Assembly (NCBI RefSeq): GCF_037042905.1
Contig: NC_087251.1
Coordinates: forward strand, 7,132,001 to 7,192,000
Source of the DNA: Lytechinus pictus
Lineage: Eukaryota
Reading direction: 5' to 3'
DNA length: 60,000 nt
Shown here: piece after piece, positions 1 to 12,646 of the stretch
Layout of the letters: each line of letters opens with the position of its first letter
Position numbering within the stretch: position 1 is the first letter of the stretch
Notes under the pieces: model-generated
The model's input: only the letters and a program-made list of their open reading frames with translations
Databases searched by the model: none
What the model was told of the DNA's origin: nothing
Position numbers and translations under genes: made by a program

Positions 1-1395
1 CAAAGAAGAGAGAGGTAGACTGTGAGAAAAGCAAACATGGAAGCATCTCTGTAGTGATGTTATATACCTGCAAGTTCATTGCAATAAACAAGGGACAATG
101 AAAGGATGTTTGCTCCAAGTCTAAGAACAAAAGAAAGGTTGTTTCTCAATATAAGAATGTGTTTGCCAAGTAGATTTGGACAGAAAATGAGTTGGCTTGC
201 TCTGTGAATGTACAGTATTGTAGTACATACACATGGCGTGAACAAGTGAGAATATATGAAATTGGAAATAAAAGAAAGAATTTATATACATATACAGAAT
301 GTTGAAATATAAATGAAAATATATACAAGGAAAGAATATATAGATGTAGATATATAAAAAGATATAGTCAAGTCACTACAAAGGCATTCATTAACAGAGA
401 AATGTTTCACCTAAATAAGGCAAATCTTTAAAATGTCATATTCCTTGTCCCATTTTGATAAAATTTGCAGTGTTTTGTTTGTCTGACTTTTCTCTGTCTG
501 TTCTAACCATATTATTTTCAGCTATGGCGAAGTACCCCTTTAATTCATCTTGATTCGTTAATATTTTTCCCTTACCAAATTTGATTTTGTTTGGATGAAT
601 TAAAATGGGAGGAACTAAAAATCACTGAATAAAAAAAGTCGATTAATCAAATTAATTTTTGCAATTTATATGGTTACATACATGGAAGGTCGTGATTTAT
701 TTCTGTTAAATTCACATTTATTGGAAAGAAGATGTGTTTGCATATCGATCGGAAGGAGACTCACCCGAGGGAGACAGAGGGGCAATAATTGATCTGAATA
801 AACATACACCCAGCGGAACTGCCCCCCCCCCCACTCAGTGTTATTTAGGGTACGCCTATGCTTGTTTCCTCTCTTTGAAAGCACCTCCCTATCTCATGTC
901 TGCCAAAATTTCTGAACCCCCCCCCCTTTCGCAGGCTTTTCCAGCCTTGGAGACCCCCTATATAAATCCGGAACACTGCTCAATGCACACCCCTATCTCA
1001 GGTGAACTCTCATTTCAACCCCCTATCACAGCCTCAGGACAGACAACCTCCCCCCCCCCCCTTCATCTCAGGTAAGCTGTCGTCACAATAGAGGTTCCCT
1101 GATGTCATGATGGAGGACAAAACAATAGCAAAACCATGAAAACAATTAATTTTCATAGTATGATGCACAGTGGGGGGGGGGGGGGGCTGACCATGCAAAT
1201 AAATCACAATCATATGGTCATTTTTACGTTTTTGTACACGGTTTTGTAAAAAAGTGGGGGGCGTCAGCCCCCCCCCCCCCCGCTTCCACGGCCCCTGAAT
1301 ATGGCTGCTTGTGGGAACCCTCTATACATTAGGAAAGATTTTAAATTTCTCAGGAGTCCAAAGTGAGAGAGAGAGAGAAAAAAAAAACTTTTTAA

Positions 1396-2007
1396 AGATC
1401 AAGTCCACCCCAGAAAAATGTTGATTTGAATAAATGGAAAAAAATCAAACTAGCATAATACTGAAAATGTCATAAAAATCGGATGTAAAATAAGAAAGTA
1501 ATGACATTTTAAAGTTTCACTTATTTTTCACAAAACAGTGATATTCACAACTCGGTGACATGCAAATATGACAGTCGATGATGTCCTTCACTCACTATTT
1601 CGGTTTGTTTTTATTGTTTGAATTAAACAATATTTCATTTATTACAGATTTGATAATAAACACCAACTTGACTGATCGAAACATATAATATTTAACAATG
1701 TTAATGCCACATTTTCAGGGAGGAATTAATCATTGTTTTACTTAACACTGAGGAGAAAATTCGAATATTTCATATTTCATATAATAAAATACAAAAGAAA
1801 TAGTGAGTGGATGACGTCATCAGTCTCCTTATTTGCATACCGACCAAAATGTGCATATTACTATTTTGTGAAATTAGGTGAAATTTAAAAATGTCACGAC
1901 TTTTTCTTATTTTACATCCGATTTTGATGAAATTTTCAGTAATATGTTTGTTGGATTTTTTCTCTTTTTATTCAAATCAACTTTTTGTTGGGGTATAGAC
2001 TTGTCCT
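1396..2007. mobile_element. TTAA-flanked MITE with long TIRs (Kolobok/T2-type), copy A
   Basis: TTAA|AGATCAAGTCCACCCC ... GACTTGTCCT|TTAA with ~200-bp inverted arms. Homologous copies at 19311, 51510 and 58320. Confidence 0.85.
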
Positions 2008-2818
2008 TTAAAGAAATCTCCGGGTGAAAAGTCAAATACACCCCCTTTTTTTACAATTCGCGGGCCGGACTTGTCCCGCGAAAAAGTACCCCTTTACCAA
2101 ACATTTTGGGAACATGTATGCGGTCCCTCCGACCCCGTAGTGGGGGGGGGGGGGGGCGGGGGAACCGGCTCCTGAATCATAAACTAATTTGATAGCGAGA
2201 ACTTTGTAGGTGCAGATGTAACAGATCTGTGCAACGGATCCGCCAAACGCTGAATCCCCGACTCCATCAACTGCAGTATTTGTTTTATTTCCAATTTCAC
2301 ATATAGTCATGTGTTTATAAAGATGATTGTCAAACAGTCATAGTGATGTAGGCAAATGGGCCCATTAATTATTGGAGGTACTACAATTAAGTGACTAGAG
2401 AAAAGAAAGCACGGACGAAAGTACCCCATTTAACGTTCGTGACGTTTCTTTAAAGTCTTTTTTTTTTTAGAGAGAGAGAGGGGGGGGGGGCGGCTGATGG
2501 ACAAATATCTCATGTCGCGTTTTATTATTTTGTCCTTCACTATTATAATTATCTGTTAACATCTATGTAATAATCTCTTATCCGTAAACATCACATCCCC
2601 GGCACTTTCACTCCCCTCCCAATATTTATTTGTTCCTTCTTCTTTTTTTGCCACGTGGGGGTGTTCGAACCCCTTCGAACGGGGGTGAAAAGTTACTTAA
2701 TTCTCAGAAACGGACTAGAAAAACTATCGATTAAAAAAGAAAGAATGAAAAAAATGAAAAAATGAAATAAAATAACTTTCACAAGAATTCTGCTAATTTA
2801 TTTGGAATGGCATGCAGA

Positions 2819-3461
2819 CCCGGGGGGGGGGGCACTTACATTGACGAGTGGATACCATGCGCGACCAAGAAAACACGTAAAAATGATGTCCTTTTCAAGA
2901 TATGGCACGTTACGTACGTAACGTGATAAGGGTGTCAAAAACACAAAAATAATGTCTTTTTCAAGATATGGCACGTTACGTACGTAACGTGATAAGGGTG
3001 TCAAAAACACAAAAATAATGAAAAAAGGGTATCTATTTCGCTAGGAAAGCTACGTGTTCAGGGTCACATTTGCGGGGATGATAAAACAAAATTAAAATGT
3101 TGTATAAAGGATGTCCTTTTTGCCCTAACACTACGTGTTTAGAGTCCCGATTTGCGCGAGGTGAGGAAGATGGGACCTTACTAAACCAAATGGTGTGTAA
3201 ATTAGGTAAAACCATAGGTCCATGGTAAAACCGACGACCGACGGACCCGTGACACAACAATAAAATATACTTGTTTAGGGGTTCATTTCAGGGAATACTT
3301 GCCAAGAGTGTAGTTTTGTTTCCAATACTTGTTAAGGGTAGGGTTTCAGACGCCAATACTTGTTAAGGGGTGCATTTTCAGAACATGGAAAATGCGTGTT
3401 TAGCTAGGTGCTTTTCGAGACCCCGTGGTCGCGCATGGTATCCACTCGGGTATCCACTCGC
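2819..3461. mobile_element. CCCGG(G)n-terminated non-autonomous DNA element, copy 1, with an internal 66-bp tandem duplication
   Basis: TIR core GAGTGGATACCATGCGCGACC / GGTCGCGCATGGTATCCACTC; second copy at 55981; duplicated unit ~2888-2953/2954-3019. Confidence 0.8.
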
Positions 3462-4960
3462 AGATGATGCAGTAACGTGTACTTGACTGCCGTGGAATGG
3501 TGGTACTGGGAATGATTGCTCACACAATATTTCCTCATTAAAACTAATACAAGCTTTGCACGACGGCACTGGGAAGGGCAGGGGTGCCTATTCACCTTTG
3601 TTTCTGTTTTCCCAAGAAGTGAAAACAAAGAAATCAGGAAAAATAGGAAGGTGGAGAGAAAGAAGGGAAAAAAGTATTAAAAAGAGATAAATTGATTGTA
3701 TAACTTTATTACGTCTCGCCCCCATTTTTCAGATGATCCCGGTTGCATCCTGAATTGCCTTCGTTCAAGTTTGTGCCCTTGCATTAAAATAATGTGTTTA
3801 GAAAATCTAGTATAATTTTACAAGCTGGATTTAATTTTCAAAGATGGAAAGGGAATACGAATAGCAGTAGAAACAACATTCGTTATTAAGAGGGCGACAG
3901 AATGTGATGATCGGCTGTATCTTGTTGTCTGATGATTAGTGTGAATTTATTATTACATTATATGATGACTGAATAAATTGATCCTCGACTGCCAGATTCT
4001 GGCAAACGTTTGTCAGGGAAAGACTTGGACGGAAGGGGGAGCTTTGGGCATCTTGTGTTTTCCTACGTCTATCTAGAATTCTTCTCCAGAGCACTTCTGA
4101 TTTTCCCAAAATGTACATTTGTGACATTTGTACAAACAGACTTGCTTTTGGTTTGAAATAAATTCATTGTATTTTTTTTTCAGACTAATAGCTTAATTTT
4201 ATCCACCGAGAAAGCATCATTGTTTTATATACACAAGAATGATCATAATAATATGCAAGCATGGAGGTGTGGTTCTTCTTGACAGGATATTATTAAAACC
4301 TATGTATTGTTTTGAAAATTTTCACTTACTGTACATAGATAACTTCAGTTAATATTTAATTAAAAAAAATGTTCTTAAAAGTGATTAAAATATGCTCAGT
4401 ACTTGCCCAGTGGAAAAAAAATCTTGAAACAGCCAGAAACTGGACATTAAGACTCACAATACATTAAACACTAAACAAGCTGTTCTTTTTTCCCTGTACA
4501 TTTAATTTTTTTTTATAAAGACAAACTTTAAAACAAACAATTGCATAGATACCTTTACAAAAATTACAATATAGCATGGTTCAATTAAGTATAAAATCTA
4601 CAGTAAATTACATAATTTGTGAGGCACATTATACGTATAATGTTAATATGAAAATTAAGTGACAAATAATACCAACAAAATTTCTGAAAAGAAAAGGAAT
4701 ACTCCAGATGAAATTCATAGTTTTTGTAATCCTCCTGGTAGGTACTGTACAAAGGCAAACTTATTATGTGACATATATTTCAAACATTCCATATGCAGCC
4801 CACTCATTTGCAACAATGCTTTACTCAAAATACTCCCAACACTAATTTTTTTCTAAATTTTCATCCCAATTCAAAGAGATTTTCACTCTTTGCTTGTTTA
4901 ATTTGACTCTCTTTATTTAAAACTTGATTTCCAGATCTAATACAGGTGAGCTGAAAGTTT

Positions 4961-5100
4961 CAGGGGCTGCGGAAGTGGGGCTTAGCCCCCCCCCCCCACT
5001 TTTTTCCAAAACCATGTACAAAAACGTAAAAATGACCATATGATTGTGTGATTTTTTGCATGGTCAGCCCCCTACTTTGAAAACCGTTCCGCGGCCCCTG
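4961..5100. mobile_element. Short hAT-like MITE (CAGGGGC...GCCCCTG)
   Basis: TIRs CAGGGGCTGCGGAA / TTCCGCGGCCCCTG; the internal part recurs inverted at ~1170-1297; no clear TSD. Confidence 0.65.
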
Positions 5101-5667
5101 ATTTTAAGCACTAAAATTTTGGAGAAATCATTTGCATAGCAATTAATCAAAGCTTTTTATATTTCATCAAATGCAAATAATTGCAGCTCTCTTATAAAAG
5201 GCACTAGAATCATAAATTCCTCATACATTTACAGACAGTTGTTAAACTTTTGTTACCTAACAAACAGTGCACATTAATAAAACATGTATGACACTTTGTT
5301 CAATCACAGTTGTTAAGGCTTGTGTAATACTGAATTAGTGAAAATGTGTAGATATTTTAGTATATAAACCTTTGTTGCAATGCTGCTTTGTTGTGTTCAT
5401 TAAAACTTAATCTATGGCAAGCAACAGTTTCCAAGACACAAAAACCCATGTTTCAATGTGTGGGAACATTAGTCTTGATTCATACCTTTCAGAAACTGTA
5501 GAGTTTAATAATGATAACTAATAAGGATTGTCCCATTAATTATTAGAAAACTGGAATTTGTTCAATAATCTTTTTGTTTCTTGGAAAATTAATTGTGGTA
5601 TTGACCATTAATGGTGTAAAGACTAAAGAGTGGCATAAAAATTATTGCATTGTGGGTAAGGAATCTT

Positions 5668-5849
5668 CAGGAGTGTGAGTGATCACAAATAAAAAGATCT
5701 GAAAAAAGCTGAAGTGTTGAAAAAGTCTGAAATAGAAAGAGCTCCCATACTTTTTGTACAGAGGAAAGCCAAAAATAAGCTGAAATTAAGCTGAAAATCA
5801 AAACTAAAAAATTTGAAATCAGATAAAAATCTGAACTCTCACACCCCTG
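5668..5849. mobile_element. ~180-bp MITE with GCTGAA subterminal repeats
   Basis: CAGGAGTGTGAG / CTCACACCCCTG inverted ends flanked by AATCTT on both sides. Confidence 0.6.
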
Positions 5850-6014
5850 AATCTTAGACAGGTTGAATAACTCATGTCTGGAGCTGATGCTATTCAATAT
5901 CAGTGGTCATGGTATATTCCCTTTAAACACTGTCACCAAAAACTACATTATGTCATGATACACAAATCAAGCTCATGATAGCATAATTCATATGAACATA
6001 GGAAGATCAACAAG

Positions 6015-6540
6015 CAGGGTTGGGCTCAATTACTGTCTTCAATAACAATTATGTAATTGAAGAATTGTTCAATTACAATAACTTTTCCATTAAATTACGT
6101 TTTTTTCAATTACAATTACCAATTAGTTTTGTCAATTACAATTTCAATTACTTTCTATAAAAGTCATGAATGAAATCAATTTGTATTCTGGATCTGGATA
6201 CATGTACAGTACTAGCACCACCTATATGTAAATTGCAGAGAAACTGACAAGATGAAGGTTTATGTTTAACAAACTAAATAAAGAGCATGGATTCTGGCTA
6301 TTACACTCTTTGATACTGAAGCAGTTGACATGAAAAAGGTCATGAAATTAAATCAATGAAGTAAGTTTATTGTTTAGTAATTGAATGTAATTAAAAGTAA
6401 TTGACGGTAACTGAAGTCAATTACATTTTTTCAATTACAATTACTTTCTCTTTCAAAATTTCAAATACAATTACAATTACTTGAAAAAATGAAATTAATT
6501 ACATAATTGATCAATTACCATGTAATTGAGCCCAACCCTG
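6015..6540. mobile_element. hAT-type MITE with CAATTA subterminal repeats
   Basis: Perfect 19-bp TIR CAGGGTTGGGCTCAATTAC and perfect 8-bp TSD TCAACAAG (6007-14, 6541-48). Confidence 0.92.
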
Positions 6541-7300
6541 TCAACAAGTGCTTAATTTTTTCTATGTGAGTCTGTGAAAATATATTAACATCGATCAAGA
6601 AGTAATTTTTCAAATAGACTTTTATCCAACAGGTTTTTTTTCCTTAATAATACATTTATAAACTTGGATAAGGCAGAATGAGCTGACAACACATCATAAA
6701 TTCCCAATTCTTTCAAAAAAGAAGTCAGTGTGGTTTCAGTTTCATAAATGATCTGAGTTCAAATTTGAAAAAAAATAAACAAAAGAAAGAGTACTACTTA
6801 ATAAAATATTGATACATGTAATACTGATAAAGAGGAAATTCCTAAAAATAGATTGAAAAATAGAGTAGAATCTTTCACACTTTTTCATCCACTCACATTT
6901 TCCCCATAATTATTTAAAATAATTAGATGATGAAGGTACATGTAATTGTCTTTATTTGGGGCAAACTCCTTGTACATTTGTTTATATTTGTTCAATCATC
7001 ATGCACTGTCACACTTAATCAAAGCCTGATTTCCATTCAAACCAGACAAACACTTGTTGTTACCTACTTTATACATATATAAAACGAGTCTTGCCTCACA
7101 TGGACTAAAGATTGGTGTAAAAATAAGCATCAAACATCTTGGTGACTTTCATTTCACATTCGTATTCAAAATTGTTTTCATTTTAAAATATCTTTTATCA
7201 ATTTGTGCGGTAATAGTCATCTTAATCCTTGAATAAATTTACATGTGTTACATAGAGCTGGCCACGGTTCATTTTAATATTGTAGTTCACTATCAACCTG

Positions 7301-7525
7301 TTATCTCTTAACTTGGGCACTTTTGAGAGTTTTGAGCTCCTTTTCAATCTCGATTCTACGAAGTTCTTTCTGGTACTTTGAGAGTGTGAGACTGTCTGCC
7401 TTCATCCCAGAAATGCTCTTGCGTTCCAGGTACATGCCTTTCAGTTCTCTGTGAGGTAATGATATACTCCGATTCCAGTATGGGTCCTCTACGCCCAGCA
7501 TGTCTCTAATATTCCTTGCAATGAA
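7301..7525 (-). CDS. SAMD15: SAMD15-like terminal coding exon 3: FIARNIRDMLGVEDPYWNRSISLPHRELKGMYLERKSISGMKADSLT...KR*
   Basis: Pyrimidine tract plus TAG acceptor (7528-7526), in frame with exon 2, ending at TAA. The RSISLP-x-R-x3-G-x-YLE-x-K-x3-G-x-K-x-DSLT motif matches the SAMD15 C-terminus as I recall it. Confidence 0.9.
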   Translation of the reverse strand, partial: FIARNIRDMLGVEDPYWNRSISLPHRELKGMYLERKSISGMKADSLTLSKYQKELRRIEIEKELKTLKSAQVKR

Positions 7526-7955
7526 CTACAGAGGGGGTAATAGAAGAAGAGAGAGACAAAGATAGAGAAAGTGAGAGAGAGGAAGAGATGAGGGGGATTT
7601 GAATCATTAATGATATTTAAAGATGAGCTTCCCAAGAAAATGTTGAAATAATTATTTAAAAAAAGAATAATTTACAATGGAAGAATCTTAAAAACATTTT
7701 TATTAGTGAAATAATTTTATAAATAGCATACATCTGGTAATAATTTTTTTGAAACTGATATAAAATTGTGAAAAGATGAGATTATTCACAAAATCTAAAA
7801 ACTTACCGTATGCATTCTGTAATCATATCATCTTTTTGGCAATTTCTTTATTAAATTGTTGGTTGTACAATGTATGGTAAATAACTTTCCTCAGATCACC
7901 CTTCATTACTTGCAACGTCAATGTATACTGAATAGATCTGATCCCTGAAACTTAC

Positions 7956-8054
7956 CTTTATATGATCAAAGTCAGTAATGCCAAGCCTTGGTAAAGTTGA
8001 GGCATCAACGATAATAAGCTTTCTACCAGTGATCAGATTAGTTGTGAAGCAGGC
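7956..8054 (-). CDS. SAMD15: SAMD15-like coding exon 2: ACFTTNLITGRKLIIVDASTLPRLGITDFDHIK
   Basis: CAG acceptor at 8057-8055 and GTAAG donor at 7955; 99 nt, phase 0/0. Contains the SAM core (F-x2-N-x-I-x-G-x2-L ... L-x2-LGI). Confidence 0.92.
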
Positions 8055-8607
8055 CTGTGATAATGAGGTGAACATAATCATAAAGATTCATGTCAGAGAT
8101 CTTACTCATATTTGTGTCCATTGCATAGGTACAATGACAGGTAAATCATAATTCATCCATACTCCAAAAGTCTCCTAAGACCATGATTCATGATATTCTA
8201 GATAGATTCTACGTAGTCATAGTAGAATCTCCTAGTATCTATTTTATTGTGTTAATCCATAATAATTCATGTACAGTACTTGTTTAGTTATTTTTAATTG
8301 GTATGTAATTGATTACTTGATAATAATCAAGACGTCTTTTTATGTTTTCATGATTTTCACACACAAGTCACACAAATCATCAATACATACTTTTCTTTAA
8401 ATGGTTGATTAATATAAAAAACACAAGACCAGACCAAGTGAATATTAATTATTTAATAACATTCCACGTTTTTTTATTGTTGAAATTCACTATTGCCAGG
8501 TCCTATTTCAAGATAAAGAATAACCATGAGACCTAGTATTGTTGTAGCAGCCACCCCCTACGGCTACACCTTCTCCACCAAGATAGGGTGATCATCTTAG
8601 GGACCTT

Positions 8608-9432
8608 GGGTGTGTTTCACAAACATTTAAGTATGACTTAAAGTCGCTCTTAAATACCGAGTTGCTCATGGTATGAAAGGCTTGACCACATTGGTCAGAT
8701 TGTGTCATGAGGACAAGCATGATGGGGTGTCCAAACTTTGCAGACATTTAAAAAATATTCATTATGCTAAAATTAGTTTTAAAAATATTTACATTTTAAT
8801 CAAAATCCAATTAAAAAAATAGAATTGACGGCAAGATTGTAAACTATAAAATTATTGACGAAATGTGAAGTAGGTCAAGGGGTTTTGCCGGTATCGCGAT
8901 CTCAAAATTATTTTCCGATAGACGAGTGCGCTGGAAATCAGTTCTGAAAAAGTGTGACATAACTTCGTGGACCAAAGTTTTTGTGGAGATTTAAACAAAA
9001 CTCAGGCTCAATAGGTGAGATATTTATATCAGATTGACGGCAAAATGCTTTAGAATCAGTCAGTACCACATTAAACTCACATTTTTTATATCTGCTTGCA
9101 AAATGATGATATAGTGATGCTTGTTGAGAATGTCAGATTTCTTCAGAACGGGCACTAACGGTGACAAATTTGCTGATCTTTTGTCAACGTTTTCATGATT
9201 ACTGAACTCATCCCAAAGAAACTTACACCAAAGGGTAATTCTAGGACGCTTTTCACGTTGATGTCAGATTTTAAGGATATTGGCTAGTTTTTTAGATAAT
9301 GACCGTCCGCGAAATTTGGACTCGCTGCCACACTACTGCGTATCTATCAATAAGATCGCGCAATGCATGTCATGTACATGTCGGCATTTAAGTGTGACTT
9401 GAGTCATACTGAAATCTTTGTGAAACACCCCC
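8608..9432. mobile_element. PIF/Harbinger-like MITE containing a nested element (8720-9330)
   Basis: GGGTGTGTTTCACAAA / TTTGTGAAACACCCCC ends. The inner element has imperfect TIRs (GTCCAAACTTTGCAGAC / GTCCGCGAAATTTGGAC), TG...CA ends and CA on both flanks. Confidence 0.7.
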
Positions 9433-9664
9433 CTGGAAGACCCCAAAAGAACATAGATCTACCCAGAAGCTGTGTGTCCAGATGATCGATTTTAAACAGC
9501 CATTTGAAAAAGTTAACAAAGTTTCATCAATTTTAGTGCAAAGTGACTTGGGCAATATTAATTATAGAGAAAAAAACTGAAAAAAGTTACCACTAGAATC
9601 TAGATATTGAATTAGAATAATATTTTTTGTGCAATCTGTAGCACCCTTTTGGTGCTACATAATT

Positions 9665-11237
9665 TGTAATAGTAGTGAAAAGGATAAAACCCTTGTAATA
9701 CCTACCCCCCCCCCCTTGTATGGATATTGAACATCCATAACTAGATGGTCAGAACAGAGAGTTTTATGACCTCTGTACAGACTGGGAGAGAGAGCGAAAG
9801 AGAGAGCCAGTGGTCAGTTCTGGGGAGTATGAGTCAGGGTCTGGTGGTCATTATTCTCAGAAATAATGACGTGAATGATATAGAAGTATTTTGAGGAAAA
9901 GTTGATGGACTCTTCCATCTTTGCTATCCTAAAGGGGAGAGCACTTATTGTTTACTGGTTTTTGTTTGTTAAAAGAGATGATTAAGGATCAACAAGTATT
10001 ACAAGTTATAAATATACACACCCCTTCCCAAAAATAATGGTATTGTCGAAAATACCTTCATATAGAACTTCTGGAGGCATCCTCTTTACAACTTTTGAGA
10101 TGGAGAGGAAGCATCCCCCATAAAGTTACTCTAATACTTGTAACTTTTCTTTTTCCTGATTCTCAGGTAAGATCCGAAGTCATCCTTCCATATTTCAGTT
10201 TATAAGATAATTTAAGAACTGATCTTATAGATTTATTTTTTAGTGTTAAGTTACTTTTCCAAAATTCTTTTTTTTACAAATTTTTTGTGTTATCAACCTT
10301 CGATGATTGAATAATATTTAAAGTTTAGTTTTAGTTACATATCTGATGATAGATATTATTCTATAATCTACTTCTTATTGAATGTTTCAATTTCTTATAA
10401 TTGTTACTAACCAGTTTTGGTTATTGTTCATGGTGAAGCACTTGTTGTTTATGATTGTCTAGCAGCGTGCGAGTTTTATAGTTGAGCAGTTTGAACTTTG
10501 CGAATTATAAAATTTAAACAAGTCGCGAATCCAAAACAGCTGAACAGTATTATTCTGGTCAAGCGGATAGGCCGAGTTCCCTATCTTGCCGCGTTAATAC
10601 TGTGCGGACTCTAATGTATCTAATTAAAGATTTTCCTGAATATCATTGTGCTAAATCATTCTATTTTATTATTAATTTGATGTATTATTATAAAATGATT
10701 TACTAATCCTAGTAATAAAAGTATTGAGATAAAGTTTGATATTTGATATTCGAAATAATTAATCACATTTTGATTAAACTCATACACAACATTTGAGATG
10801 GAGAGGAAACATCCCCCATAAATTTACTCCCATGTAACTTCTCCTATTCCTGATTCTCAGGTCACTGGTCATCTGACCATGAATGGCATCCACATTTTAT
10901 TTATTTCTGCACTGAGACCATCAATGTCTTAAATTATGTTAGTCTTGTTAACAGTAGTTGTTCAACAACTATTTGAAAGAAATGTCCAGTTACATGTAAT
11001 TTAGTTTTATTAAGTATCATTTGAACTATATGTTCATACTCTTTCAAACAAGTATGTAACCAGAAGTTACATCATCATTCTTATTGTTGTAAATATCATG
11101 TATATTATATTCATTTATTAGATTAGAATTAAAGGAATATATATCCTTTATATAATGAGTATGTTAGTTTATCTTATTGGGTTTTATAATTTACATTAGT
11201 TTGATGGTGTTTGATTCTGTGATGTGTGATTATTACA
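9665..11237. mobile_element. Possible long solo LTR-like element
   Basis: TGTAATA...TATTACA inverted ends with flanks TAATT/TAATA and an internal ~80-bp direct repeat; no coding remnants. Confidence 0.3.
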
Positions 11238-11409
11238 TAATAAAATAATTACAAGTATTTATTTAATTTCTACCTCTGTAGACGGACAGGGTGGGGATTC
11301 TTTGTTTCAAATCCTTCCGCTACACTGTTGTTGTTATTGTCAAGTAAAAGATCCTCCCCCACCCAAAACGGTCCCGTGCTACAAATCCAAAGACAAAAAA
11401 GATTTCAAA

Positions 11410-12429
11410 ATTAAATTAAAAGTGTCCGGACACTGGATCCCCCCCCCCCTAGCCTCCTACCTAGAGAGTAAAAATCATTTACTAACGTATGCTTACTCTC
11501 CACGGAGCCAGGGATTCTATTTAGTATTGCATTCATCTACACATACCGCAAAAAACCCTCAAACTTTCGCCCCCGAGACTTCTACTTTCCTTCTAAAAGA
11601 TCTAGCCCTAAATCATGTAAATGGGATACAACTTCATTTCCGACATTTCTACGCTATCGATTTCATTTTTAAACAAGAATTCATTAAAAAAATGAGAAAA
11701 ATATTATGAAAAGACGGGGAAGACTTGCCCGAATACTTACACCGCTACCTTGTTTCGCATTGTTGATCGCTAACATTACGGACACCGCGTCCGTATAACG
11801 TTAGCGATCAACAATGAGAAACAAGTATTACCGACCGACCTTGTATTACCGAACACGCGCATCGTAGCGTCAGAAAATAATTTCATACGCTCAAAACTTT
11901 GCAACATTCTTCCATTTGAAGGGAACTTGAATAGAAAGATGATGAAAAATGGTCAAAAGCACATTTTCAAAGTATTAATATTCTAAAAATAATAAAATAT
12001 GGTAAAAATAGCTCATCAGTAATTTTGTTGTTTTCTCAACATTTCCCATAAAAAAACACACGTTCGGTAATACGATACCTTTTTCAAGTGACCAAAATAT
12101 TACATGCGAAGAGGGGTCCGATTGGATGCTAATATCGTAAAAAGGAAAAACGATTTCGGCAAAAGTTTTACATATTTATATTTTGTAGGTAGGATGGGGG
12201 GTTGGGTGTCCAGACACGTAACAGAAATGAAGCCTTGTTTTTATCTCAGGAATAAACCAAAAATATAGGTTGAATAGTTTTTTTTTTCACCATCAATATT
12301 TGTTCTTTATAATATTTTCTTATATTCTGTGCTAAAAAGAATTAAAGACATTGCTTGTAAACTTTTCAAAATTGAGAGTAAAAGTCATGTGTCCGGACAC
12401 CCAACCCATCCGGACACACAACCACTGGG
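11410..12429. mobile_element. Relic of a long-TIR DNA element with GTGTCCGGACAC motifs
   Basis: Terminus ...TCCGGACACACAACCACTGGG|TA. The 12185-12429 arm recurs inverted at 29730-29975, and a partial inverted arm lies at ~11420-11462. Confidence 0.55.
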
Positions 12430-12646
12430 TATATTAATGGTAATTGTGTTTTAGACTAAAGACAAAGTACCGTACCGGTATGGTGAAAGTTTGGTGAATT
12501 TTATGAGAATAATCAATAATGTGTTTGATAAGATTGAATTCATGAAAAGTTATCAAACGATAATACGATTTATAATACGATCCACACTACCATAAATGAT
12601 TTTTACTCTCTAACTGGAATAGGACTAGTCTAGGAGAAGCCTCCTG

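Noticed and set aside
734..1075. 113-aa Pro-rich ORF with a nearby TATAAA and GTAAG
   Set aside because: The prolines come from poly-C tracts of MITE ends; no ATG start or homology.
2798..3019. ORF with a repeated 22-aa unit; possible CRISPR-like repeat
   Set aside because: Explained by a 66-bp tandem duplication in a MITE; there are no spacers and no cas genes, and the context is eukaryotic.
11302..11709. 135-aa ORF
   Set aside because: Starts at TTG, lies inside a transposon relic and has no protein motif.
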